Positions 49,491-57,924 of a DNA stretch of 64,000 nucleotides are shown here, one piece after another. The notes under the pieces were generated by a model that was given only the letters and a program-made list of their open reading frames with translations, was not told where the DNA came from and ran no database searches. Within the stretch, counting starts at the first letter, position 1. The number at the start of each line of letters is the position of its first letter. The stretch is taken from assembly GCA_965552055.1 (NCBI GenBank), contig CBEVQO010000002.1, positions 352,001-416,000 on the forward strand, given 5' to 3'. A program made the translations under genes and the position numbers. Origin of the DNA: an uncultured bacterium. GTDB lineage: Bacteria > Hydrothermota > UBA3073 > NMUJ01 > CBEVQO01.

Positions 49491-49982
49491 TCATTTGATT
49501 TCCAGAATTTGCTTTAGGGAGTGTTTATATTCTTTTAGTAAAATGCGATAGGACTTTGCACCTATTTTGATTTTCTCAGATTTTAGAGACTGATAGTGTG
49601 GAACTTTTTTCCAGCTTTTACTAAAAATAACACACTCTATTTTGCAAATGTTATTTTTAATTCCGGAATTTTCAAAAATTGTTTTAAAATTGTGTGATAT
49701 AAAATTAATAGTATTTTCAAATTTCTCTTTTACTTCGCGTGGATGAATATTTCTACTTTTTAACTCCACTAATACTGCTATTAACTTACAATTTCCTATT
49801 AAAATTATACAATCTACTGATTTTTTATCTGCAGGTAACAGTGTATCCCCTTTAATTATTTTATATTTATACTTCTTACCTACTCCGATTTTAATTTTCG
49901 TTTTTCTTGTTTCTTTACATTCTTTAATAATATAATTTTTATATTTATCTTCGATTTTCCTTAAAATTTGTTTACATTTCAT
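49491..49982 (-). CDS. Small basic protein with a PD-(D/E)XK-like motif
   Basis: KSVDCIIL...VLVELKS; ATGA-coupled to the upstream ATPase. Confidence 0.65.
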   Translation of the reverse strand: MKCKQILRKIEDKYKNYIIKECKETRKTKIKIGVGKKYKYKIIKGDTLLPADKKSVDCIILIGNCKLIAVLVELKSRNIHPREVKEKFENTINFISHNFKTIFENSGIKNNICKIECVIFSKSWKKVPHYQSLKSEKIKIGAKSYRILLKEYKHSLKQILEIK

Positions 49983-51496
49983 AAAGAAGTATCTTCTTCT
50001 TTTAACCGTTCTATTTTTATTAACTCTTCATATAATTCTTTGTGTACCTTCACGAATTCATCTTGAGGTATTCCTTCGTCTTCATTAACTGCTATTTTCC
50101 GTATTATAAAACCATTTTTTGATTTACTATATTTAAATAAATAAACTGCAACTTGTTTGGAAGGTAAAATTTCTTCTTTCGTGTAACCTATCTTTAATAA
50201 TTTTTCCTCATCCAATTTGCTTAAAATAACTAAATTATTAAATTGAGAAAGTGAATGCTCACTGTGAGTGGTAATTAAAAATCGTAAATTTTTTCTCATT
50301 AGTTTCACTATTAATTTACTCAAAACTGTTTGAGATTTAGGATGTAAATGTGACTCTGGCTCTTCCAAAATTAGATAAGTCCCAGGATTTACATTATACT
50401 TCAACAATAAAAGCAATGGAGCTAATTCTACTATCTCTGAAGAACACAGCCATAGTGGTATTTCCTTTGAATTAAAAGAGTAAACAATTTCCGGTAATAA
50501 TTTTTTTTGTTTTTGCTTCAATAAAACATTTCCTCCTATTAAATTTTTTTCCATTTTTTCCGCTAAATCTCTTATCTGACTTTCGCGCTGTTCATGTTTT
50601 ATTCCAACATTAAGAAAAGTAAGCTGAGATAAAAAATAACGAATAAGATAAGGTAAAATCGGAATTCCTTCTGTTTTATCTCTCTTTCTAAATAACGGCG
50701 GAGTTATATATAACTTTGAAGTCAAAGGTTTATATGCCAAAATTAACCCTGAGCGTTCAGCGGGTAAATATTGAAAAGGTATGACAAATTCGGATAAAAG
50801 AAAATAAAAAATTGATTGAAATAAAGCAACTTTTAAAAAAGTTCGGTCCATTCTCTTAGGGTTTTTAATATAATTCTCACCTATTTCTAGAACACAATTT
50901 TTACATTTAAAATTCTCGCAAGCATAAGTGAGACCCATTAAACTATTATGAGGTGCTTGTTCCAATTTTATAAAATTATTTAACTTATCATAATTGAGCT
51001 TATAACGCGTTACTTTCATTTTTTTCAAACTTGCGTTTATTTCAATTTCAACCTCAAAATGTGAACATTTTATTCCAATCTTTCCGGTTTTTGAGTTAAC
51101 ATTAATTAAATTAAAAATCTCTTCATTAAATGTCATTTCAATTGCTTGTTTAATCTTACTAACAAAAATTTTTTTGATGAAAAGATCTAAATTTTTGTTG
51201 CTTTCAAATATTTTAATCTTTTCCATTTTACGAGTGAATTTTAATTCACCGCATTTTGTCATAAAATCCTCTACTAAAGCATCCAATACAACTTTTTCTT
51301 CCTGTGGAAGTTCATCTATGTCCAATATCATTGTTTCTTTAATTTCATTCATCAATGTAAAAAGTGAACCCACAAGTCGAGCAGCGTATGTTTTTCCAGC
51401 GTTATTTTGTCCAATAAAAAGCGTTAGAGGTTTTAAAGTAAATTTTCCTTCAACTATTGGTCCCAGATTCTCAATTTTAATTAAAACTTCCGCCAT
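49979..51496 (-). CDS. AAA_15/AAA_21-type ABC ATPase
   Basis: IENLGPI, Walker A GQNNAGKT, LPAERSG, Walker B LILEEPESHLHP and ITTHS. Confidence 0.9.
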   Translation of the reverse strand: MAEVLIKIENLGPIVEGKFTLKPLTLFIGQNNAGKTYAARLVGSLFTLMNEIKETMILDIDELPQEEKVVLDALVEDFMTKCGELKFTRKMEKIKIFESNKNLDLFIKKIFVSKIKQAIEMTFNEEIFNLINVNSKTGKIGIKCSHFEVEIEINASLKKMKVTRYKLNYDKLNNFIKLEQAPHNSLMGLTYACENFKCKNCVLEIGENYIKNPKRMDRTFLKVALFQSIFYFLLSEFVIPFQYLPAERSGLILAYKPLTSKLYITPPLFRKRDKTEGIPILPYLIRYFLSQLTFLNVGIKHEQRESQIRDLAEKMEKNLIGGNVLLKQKQKKLLPEIVYSFNSKEIPLWLCSSEIVELAPLLLLLKYNVNPGTYLILEEPESHLHPKSQTVLSKLIVKLMRKNLRFLITTHSEHSLSQFNNLVILSKLDEEKLLKIGYTKEEILPSKQVAVYLFKYSKSKNGFIIRKIAVNEDEGIPQDEFVKVHKELYEELIKIERLKEEDTSL

Positions 51497-51542
51497 CAAT
51501 TAATTTATAGTAAATTTGTCATTAAGTCAAGAAATATTTTTA

Positions 51543-51672
51543 GCACAGCCCATTTGCGTTATAACATTTTTTTACGGGTATGCACTTTTAAAAGCGTTAT
51601 ATGGTTAAAAGTGGGGTTATGCGTGGGCTGTGCAAGGGGGAAGGTGGGGACTGGGAGGAGGGGCTAAAAATT
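51543..51672. repeat. Dispersed structured element, copy C (divergent)
   Basis: 51629-51672 is similar to the G-rich end of copies A and B; perfect 10-bp inverted repeat 51543-51552/51624-51633 and inner inverted repeat 51583-51591/51605-51613. Confidence 0.85.
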
Positions 51673-52178
51673 ATAGGTATATCTCTGTTTATAATCCATA
51701 AATCCCATTTGTAAGGTAGGGGTTGATTTTCGCATAATAACTTAAATTCTTCATAGGTAAATCTGTCTTTTTTTCTTTCAAATCTTACTTTTTCGGGTGC
51801 GTCAACTACGATTATCATATCGAATAGCTCTTCGAGCCTCCATTTACCTATCAATGCACAATCCACAACCACAACAGGATAAACACTTTTTGCAATCTCT
51901 ATCTCCTTTATTAATTCACAAATCAAAACAGGATGAACTATTCGGTTTAATTTCTTCAACTTTTCTTCATCTCTCAAAACAATCTCTTTTAGCGCTGGAC
52001 ATTTATAAACTCCGAACTCTTTTAAAATTTTCGCTTTTACTTCGGGAAATTCCCTAACTTTCCAGCCAATTTCATCTGCACTTATTACCTTTGCACCCAT
52101 TTTTTTGAAATATTCACAGATAAAAGTTTTGCCTGCTCCTGTTTTGCCTGTCACAGCTATCAAAAATCCATTAGCCAT
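51597..52178 (-). CDS. coaE: Dephospho-CoA kinase, with C-terminus encoded by repeat copy C
   Basis: IAVTGKTGAGKT, ISADEIG, LNRIVHP and VVVDCAL. Confidence 0.88.
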   Translation of the reverse strand: MANGFLIAVTGKTGAGKTFICEYFKKMGAKVISADEIGWKVREFPEVKAKILKEFGVYKCPALKEIVLRDEEKLKKLNRIVHPVLICELIKEIEIAKSVYPVVVVDCALIGKWRLEELFDMIIVVDAPEKVRFERKKDRFTYEEFKLLCENQPLPYKWDLWIINRDIPIIFSPSSQSPPSPLHSPRITPLLTI

Positions 52179-53362
52179 TTTATCCTCTCTTTCGCATAGT
52201 TTAACTCATCCTCTTCTTTTATCTTCCCATCAATGCGCGCTGATAGAACATCGTCTAAAATTTGCTTAAAAAGAGGAGAAGGTTTTAAACCCATCTTTTT
52301 CAAATCTTCACCCGTTATCTTTAATCTAAAATCTTTCAATTCTTTTAAAAATTTCTCTATTTTCTGTGTCACATCTTTGAAATTTGCATAAATATAACAT
52401 AAATTTGGCATGGGCACATCTTTTAAACAAAAATATATTTCACTATTTGATTTTGCTCTTTTCAAATTTTCTGCTCTACTAATGTCTTCCTTTAATCTAT
52501 TTGCACATTTCTTCTCATAATATTTGGGCTCATACAAAACTGGCTTTTCTGGATTTAAGAGAAGCATATAGTAATAAAACCATTTATCTTCTTTTATCTT
52601 TGCAATCTCTATGAATTTATCTGCCATTTTAAAATTTTCTTCATCACATAATTTGAGAGAAAGTAAAGAGAGAATACCGTATTCTTCCAGTTTCTTTATC
52701 ATTTCGTATCTTTTTTCTTCTTCCAGTATTAATTTTATTTCGTTTCTTATTCTTTCGGGTGTCAATAATTTAATGTAAGACACTGCTTCTTTTAATAACT
52801 TTTCTGTTTTTTCTTCTATTTCGAAAGAAAACCTCATTGCAAATCTTACAGCTCTGAAAATCCTTGTTGGGTCATCAATAAAACTTTTATCGTGTAAAAT
52901 CCTTATCTTCTTTGCTTTTATATCATCAATTCCTTTAAATGGGTCTATTAATTTCTCTTCTTTAATATCGAGTGCTATTGCATTTATTGTGAAATCTCTT
53001 CGAAAAAGGTCATCTTCTATTTTGCCGAAAGATACTCGGGGTAGAACCGCTGGTGATGGATATTCTTCTTTCCTTGTCATTGCAAAGTCAATCCTGAAAT
53101 CTTCTATCTCAATGGTAGCGGTGCCGAATTGCGGATATCTTGTTATTTTGCCTTTTAAAATCTTGTTTAATTTTTGGGCAAATTCTATTGCATCTCCTTC
53201 AATGCAAATATCCAGATCTTTTTTCAGATTTTTACCCATAATTAGGTCGCGTACAGGTCCTCCCACAAGGAAAGCCCTTGTTTTTTCTTTTTCACACAAA
53301 TTTTTTATTTCATCAAGGATTTTTTTTATTTGCGGGTCAACGATGGTGATAATCTTTCCCAT
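52160..53362 (-). CDS. tRNA nucleotidyltransferase / poly(A) polymerase family
   Basis: LVGGPVRD, DLDI, DLFRRDFTINA, DDPTRIFRAVRF and ERIRNE. Confidence 0.92.
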   Translation of the reverse strand: MGKIITIVDPQIKKILDEIKNLCEKEKTRAFLVGGPVRDLIMGKNLKKDLDICIEGDAIEFAQKLNKILKGKITRYPQFGTATIEIEDFRIDFAMTRKEEYPSPAVLPRVSFGKIEDDLFRRDFTINAIALDIKEEKLIDPFKGIDDIKAKKIRILHDKSFIDDPTRIFRAVRFAMRFSFEIEEKTEKLLKEAVSYIKLLTPERIRNEIKLILEEEKRYEMIKKLEEYGILSLLSLKLCDEENFKMADKFIEIAKIKEDKWFYYYMLLLNPEKPVLYEPKYYEKKCANRLKEDISRAENLKRAKSNSEIYFCLKDVPMPNLCYIYANFKDVTQKIEKFLKELKDFRLKITGEDLKKMGLKPSPLFKQILDDVLSARIDGKIKEEDELNYAKERIKWLMDF

Positions 53363-54213
53363 TCATAAACTATAGGTGCTACTATGAAAATTGACGAATA
53401 TGTTCCAACGATTACTCCAATTGTTAGTGTCAAAGCAAAATCGCGAATAACATATCCACCAAAGATTAAAAGAGTAATAAGCACAAAAAGGGTTGTGAGA
53501 GATGTAATAACCGTTCTGTTCAACACCTGATTTATACTCATATTTATTATATCAAATATCGGCTTTTTTCTTACAAATCTGAGATTTTCTCTAACTCTAT
53601 CGGATAATACGATTGAGTCATTTATTGAATAGCCAATGATTGTTAAGATTGCTGCCATTATCGCGGGTGTTATTTCTTTATTTAGTATTGATAGGAGACC
53701 TATTGTGATTATAACATCGTGCACTAATGCAAGTATTGATGCCACTCCGAATCTAAAATTAAATCTTATTGAAATATAAATTAGCATAACGATTATTCCG
53801 AAGAATACCATCCAGAATGCCCTTTTTCTTAACTCTGCTGAAATCATCGGACCTATTGTTTTTACCATCTCGATTTCCGGTTCTTTATCTTTCAATTCTT
53901 CCTGAATTAGTTCAGCTATTGGGGTTTCTTTTTTTCCTCTTATTAAAAATTTATTTTCTCCTGCTATTTCCTGTATTGATACATCGCGGTATCCTTTATC
54001 TGCGAAAATTTTCCTTATTTCTTCGATATTTACTTTCTTCCTGAATCCACAGGTTATTATTTTACCGCCTGTGAATTCCACACCGTATCTTAAGCCTTTA
54101 TGTGTGATTATTGATACAACTCCTGCTATTGCGAGTGCCAGTGATAAAAAGTAGCAGAATTTACGGATGCCAAGGAAATTTATATTGATACCTTCTGGAA
54201 AAATCCTCAACAT
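53326..54213 (-). CDS. secF: Protein translocase subunit SecF
   Basis: GVEFTGG, ALVHD, GYSINDSIVLSDRVREN, RTVITSLTT and GTYSSIF; ATG 54213 after its own promoter motif. Confidence 0.95.
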   Translation of the reverse strand: MLRIFPEGININFLGIRKFCYFLSLALAIAGVVSIITHKGLRYGVEFTGGKIITCGFRKKVNIEEIRKIFADKGYRDVSIQEIAGENKFLIRGKKETPIAELIQEELKDKEPEIEMVKTIGPMISAELRKRAFWMVFFGIIVMLIYISIRFNFRFGVASILALVHDVIITIGLLSILNKEITPAIMAAILTIIGYSINDSIVLSDRVRENLRFVRKKPIFDIINMSINQVLNRTVITSLTTLFVLITLLIFGGYVIRDFALTLTIGVIVGTYSSIFIVAPIVYEWERLSPSLTRK

Positions 54214-54275
54214 ATCAAAAAGAATAAACAAAATGTGAGTTTGTCAAGGATTTGTTTGAAATTTTTAAGTGAAAT

Positions 54276-54479
54276 TTATATTCCGTCTGTGGTCTCAGAA
54301 ACTTTGTACTCTTTTAAGGTCTTCTCATATACGATTTCTATTTTCTCTACATTAGTTGAATGTGGCTCAACATAAACTGGCATTTCTTTTTCCTCGAATT
54401 TTTCGTTTGGTGAATTATACATCATCTTTATCTGTCCGAAAGGCAAAATATTTATAGAAATTTTTATGTTTTCAGCCAC
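54276..54479 (-). CDS. Small hypothetical protein
   Basis: AGGAGGT ribosome-binding site overlapping the upstream stop, then GTG. Confidence 0.55.
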   Translation of the reverse strand: MAENIKISINILPFGQIKMMYNSPNEKFEEKEMPVYVEPHSTNVEKIEIVYEKTLKEYKVSETTDGI

Positions 54480-54482
54480 AAC

Positions 54483-55511
54483 TCACCTCCTTTTATATTT
54501 CTTCAACCCATCGGGTGGCAGCTGCAATCCTATATTTATGTTTATTTGAGGATTTGGTGGTATGTTCCTCTTTTTCCTTAATTCAATGTTCGTTTTGAAT
54601 ACATGTAATTTTTTTGTACTTTCGATAATCGCTATAGGTAGGTCTTCTATCTGATGTTCGTCCTTATCTTTTAGAATAATTTCTGGATGAATGGGCTCTC
54701 GGAGTTTTAGAAATTCTTCATATTTTAAATACAATTCCCACATTAGATTTTCGAGTTCTTCATCGGAGTATTCCACAGGGAGTCCTATATCTTTTGCCTC
54801 TCGCCTACCGATAGCGTGTCCGTGAGAATAAATTTTTTCTGTCAATGTTTCTATAATTGTAGATATTTTTTCTTCATCAAGTTTCTCCTTCCTTGAAGTT
54901 AGAAGTTTCCGTGCTACAAGTCTAATGTGATGATGCTGTCTGTTTACACTCCCTAATGTTAAAGGACCTATCTGGTTGATTAAAGAGCCTAATATATTTG
55001 CCACGGCGTCTTGATCATTGATATTTGCTCGTTCTTTTACAAATGATAAAAATGAGTTAACATCTTCAACTGCAATTTCCTGAGGTGGCACTGCAGTTTC
55101 ACCTATTGTGGCTTTAACCAGTGTAGGATCAATAGGTCCTAATTCTGCTTTCTTTCCCATTATAATATTATCTGCACCCATGGATAGTAAAGTAGCGGCA
55201 CTTTGAGCTCTATATGGTATCAACACATTAAACTCGTCACAAAATTCTCTTATCATACTGACAATTCTCCATGGCACGCTTACATCTCCACCTCTACTAT
55301 ACAAAAAGAGGTCTATGTGTTTTTTATCTTCAGTGAATTCTAAACTTAGCAAATGGTCGTATAACGGTCTTACAGCATCTTCCGCAATGCGCGCACCTAA
55401 TGGATGTCTATCTCCTGTGAAATACACTATAACTTTACTTTGCCTTTTTTGCTCTATTTTTTCTATCAAGCCTTTACGGATAGATTTATTTAAATCTTCT
55501 TCTATTCCCAT
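54483..55511 (-). CDS. SDH family Clp-fold serine protease
   Basis: DLFLYSRGG, AQSAATLLSMGAD, ELGPIDP and SHGHAI; start reassigned to ATG 55511. Confidence 0.85.
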   Translation of the reverse strand: MGIEEDLNKSIRKGLIEKIEQKRQSKVIVYFTGDRHPLGARIAEDAVRPLYDHLLSLEFTEDKKHIDLFLYSRGGDVSVPWRIVSMIREFCDEFNVLIPYRAQSAATLLSMGADNIIMGKKAELGPIDPTLVKATIGETAVPPQEIAVEDVNSFLSFVKERANINDQDAVANILGSLINQIGPLTLGSVNRQHHHIRLVARKLLTSRKEKLDEEKISTIIETLTEKIYSHGHAIGRREAKDIGLPVEYSDEELENLMWELYLKYEEFLKLREPIHPEIILKDKDEHQIEDLPIAIIESTKKLHVFKTNIELRKKRNIPPNPQININIGLQLPPDGLKKYKRR

Positions 55512-55577
55512 CTTTATTAATTTAATCAAAAACACTTTTTGTCAACTCATTTTAGTCAAAAATTTACATAAATTAAT

Positions 55578-55682
55578 GCGAGCGTAAGCGAGCCTGTTAC
55601 ATATGGGTTGTGAGCCAACACCCCGACTGAAAGGAGGGGTGTGCACGAGGGCGGTGGGGACTGGGAGGCGGGGCTAAAAATT
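55578..55682. repeat. Dispersed structured element, copy B (minimal, 7-nt loop)
   Basis: GCGAGCGTAAGCGAGC hairpin, shared 30-mer, ACACCCCGA-ctgaaag-GAGGGGTGT stem and shared G-rich end. Confidence 0.9.
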
Positions 55683-56197
55683 TAATAACTTAAATAAAGG
55701 GTTATTCCTGTTCCTTTCAATACTTCTGAATTTTCGGGTGGCGATGTCCTTACTACATGGTTTGAAGGCAGGTCGCTTTCTACATATTTTATCCTTTCAA
55801 TTCTGAAACCTTTATCGAGTAGAAGCTCTATTGCTTTCGCAGCAGGCAATCCCCTTACAAATGGTATAACAACTTTCTCATATCCTGCACTTACTATCAA
55901 ATGCACTTCTCTTCCTTTTTTTACTCTCTTTGTTGGCAAAGGTTTTTGTGATATTACATAACCTTTTGGTACCGTTGGGTCATATCTTGTGGTATCGACC
56001 ACTGGCACGAGTCCTGCACTTTTCAGTATTTCTCGTGCAATATCAAGTGGCTTGCCACACACCTCCGGCACTTCCACCACAGCATGTGCGCGTGTTAGCC
56101 AAGGCATCACAATGTAATTTGCAATTATTAGACCTACAAAAAATGTCCCTGTAAATATCAATGCAACTGCACCAAGTAATTTCAAGAAGTTACGCAT
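55682..56197 (-). CDS. PASTA domain membrane protein
   Basis: TM helix followed by two PASTA repeats (VPEVCG...VISQKP and IPFVRG...VVRTSP). Confidence 0.9.
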   Translation of the reverse strand: MRNFLKLLGAVALIFTGTFFVGLIIANYIVMPWLTRAHAVVEVPEVCGKPLDIAREILKSAGLVPVVDTTRYDPTVPKGYVISQKPLPTKRVKKGREVHLIVSAGYEKVVIPFVRGLPAAKAIELLLDKGFRIERIKYVESDLPSNHVVRTSPPENSEVLKGTGITLYLSY

Positions 56198-56855
56198 TTT
56201 GCAATACACAAACAAAATGCCCAAGATATCCCTTAAAAATTTTTAAAAAACACCAGCCAGTATCATCGCAGATTGTTCTAACATCATCGGGTGATAACAA
56301 AAATAAATTAAACCAGTCACCTATTAATCCCTTATATTCTGCACGCAAATGTAAAATGCCATCTTTTGCCTCGGGAAAGTGCGACGGCTCTGTTGAAGAA
56401 CCTATCAGAAAGCCTCCCTTTTTTGTTATCCTCTTTATCTCTTTAAAAAGCAATAAAGTATTTTTGTAATCACCGCAGATTCCAAAGCCATTTCCCAGCA
56501 ATAAAACTGTATCGAACATATTTTCTTTAAAGGGCAAAAACGGAGCTCTGCCACACACGATTTTAACACCTCTATTTTTTACAATCCTGCAAATCGTATT
56601 ATTCATATCAAATGCTATTACTTTTATTTTTTTCCTCAAAAGATAAACAGAATGCCTGCCTGCACCACAGCCAATATCGAGCGTCAAACCCTTTGCATAT
56701 TTCAATGCTTTAATTTCCTCGGAAAGAACACCATCATAATATAATGCAATTATTTCTCTGTCAACAATTCCGCTTTTTCTTCTTACAACAAATTCTACAT
56801 CCTCACCATTTATAAAATCACAAATCGCCTGCGCGAATAACTCGTAACTATCCAT
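56190..56855 (-). CDS. Class I SAM-dependent methyltransferase
   Basis: LDIGCGAGRH and FDTVLLLGNGFG. Confidence 0.88.
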   Translation of the reverse strand: MDSYELFAQAICDFINGEDVEFVVRRKSGIVDREIIALYYDGVLSEEIKALKYAKGLTLDIGCGAGRHSVYLLRKKIKVIAFDMNNTICRIVKNRGVKIVCGRAPFLPFKENMFDTVLLLGNGFGICGDYKNTLLLFKEIKRITKKGGFLIGSSTEPSHFPEAKDGILHLRAEYKGLIGDWFNLFLLSPDDVRTICDDTGWCFLKIFKGYLGHFVCVLQNA

Positions 56856-57916
56856 TAAAACGGAGTAAAATCAATATCTTTACTTAATCTTTCTATAAAT
56901 TTTGCGAGTAATTTTGCAATATTTTCAAGGTCTGACAATTCGAGCACCTCCACAGGTGTGTGAATGTATCTGCAAGGTATTGACACCAGACCCGCTGCTA
57001 CTCCTGCTCTCGTAAGCTGTATAACATTTGCATCGGTGGGAGTCCCTCTTTCTATTCCTTCAACCTGATATGGTATTTTCTCTTCTTCTGCTGTTTTAAT
57101 CAGCAGCTCAAAAACTTTCGGATTTATATTTGGTCCCCTTGCGATTACTGGACCCTTTCCGAGTTTTATCTCGCCTATTTCCTTTGCATCAACGGTGGGA
57201 TAATCTGTAGCAATAGTTACATCAATTGCAATACCTACATCTGGCTGTATACCGTAGGCACTCGTTTTCGCACCCCTTAGCCCTATTTCTTCCTGAACAG
57301 TGGCAACCCCATAAACTCCTGCTTCTATTTTTTTGCCTTTTAATAATTTTAAAACTTCGCTAACAACAAATGCACCTGCTTTGTCATCAAAACCCCTTCC
57401 CATTACTCTCTTCTCATTCAGTTTCTCGAATTTAACTGCTGGTACAGCAGGGTCGCCAATGGATACAAGTTCTTCTGCTTCCTTTTTAGACGCTACTCCT
57501 ATATCAATCCACATATCCTTAAATTTCACAACCTTTTCTCTTTCTTCTGCTTCCATTACATGGATGGGCTTTTTACCGACAGCTCCTATTACTATTCCTT
57601 TTTTACCTTTTATCATCAATCTTTCACCGGGCACAAGATGGCGGTCAACACCTCCTATTGGCTTAAAGTAGAGAAAGCCTTTATCATCTATGTATTTTAT
57701 CATAAAACCGATTTCATCGATATGTCCTGCAAGCATCACTCTTGGTCTGCCTTCTTTATTCAGTACAGCTATCGTATTACCGTGAACATCCGTGCGTATT
57801 TCGTCGCAGTAAGCATTTGTACGCTCTTTCCATATCTTTACTGCGTCTCCTTCAAAGCCCGATGGACTCATAGCATCACATAACTTCTGTAAGAATTCTA
57901 AACTCTCCCTATCCAT
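56855..57916 (-). CDS. M42 family aminopeptidase
   Basis: GHIDEIG, FDDKAG, QEEIGLRGA, DVT and RYIHTP. Confidence 0.95.
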   Translation of the reverse strand: MDRESLEFLQKLCDAMSPSGFEGDAVKIWKERTNAYCDEIRTDVHGNTIAVLNKEGRPRVMLAGHIDEIGFMIKYIDDKGFLYFKPIGGVDRHLVPGERLMIKGKKGIVIGAVGKKPIHVMEAEEREKVVKFKDMWIDIGVASKKEAEELVSIGDPAVPAVKFEKLNEKRVMGRGFDDKAGAFVVSEVLKLLKGKKIEAGVYGVATVQEEIGLRGAKTSAYGIQPDVGIAIDVTIATDYPTVDAKEIGEIKLGKGPVIARGPNINPKVFELLIKTAEEEKIPYQVEGIERGTPTDANVIQLTRAGVAAGLVSIPCRYIHTPVEVLELSDLENIAKLLAKFIERLSKDIDFTPF

Positions 57917-57924
57917 TGCACCCC

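Noticed and set aside
55597..55682. Calling the element a canonical integron attC site
   Set aside because: A GTTGGCT/AGCCAAC box is present at one side only, with no matching complementary box at the other end of the stem and no integrase in the window; kept only as an analogy.
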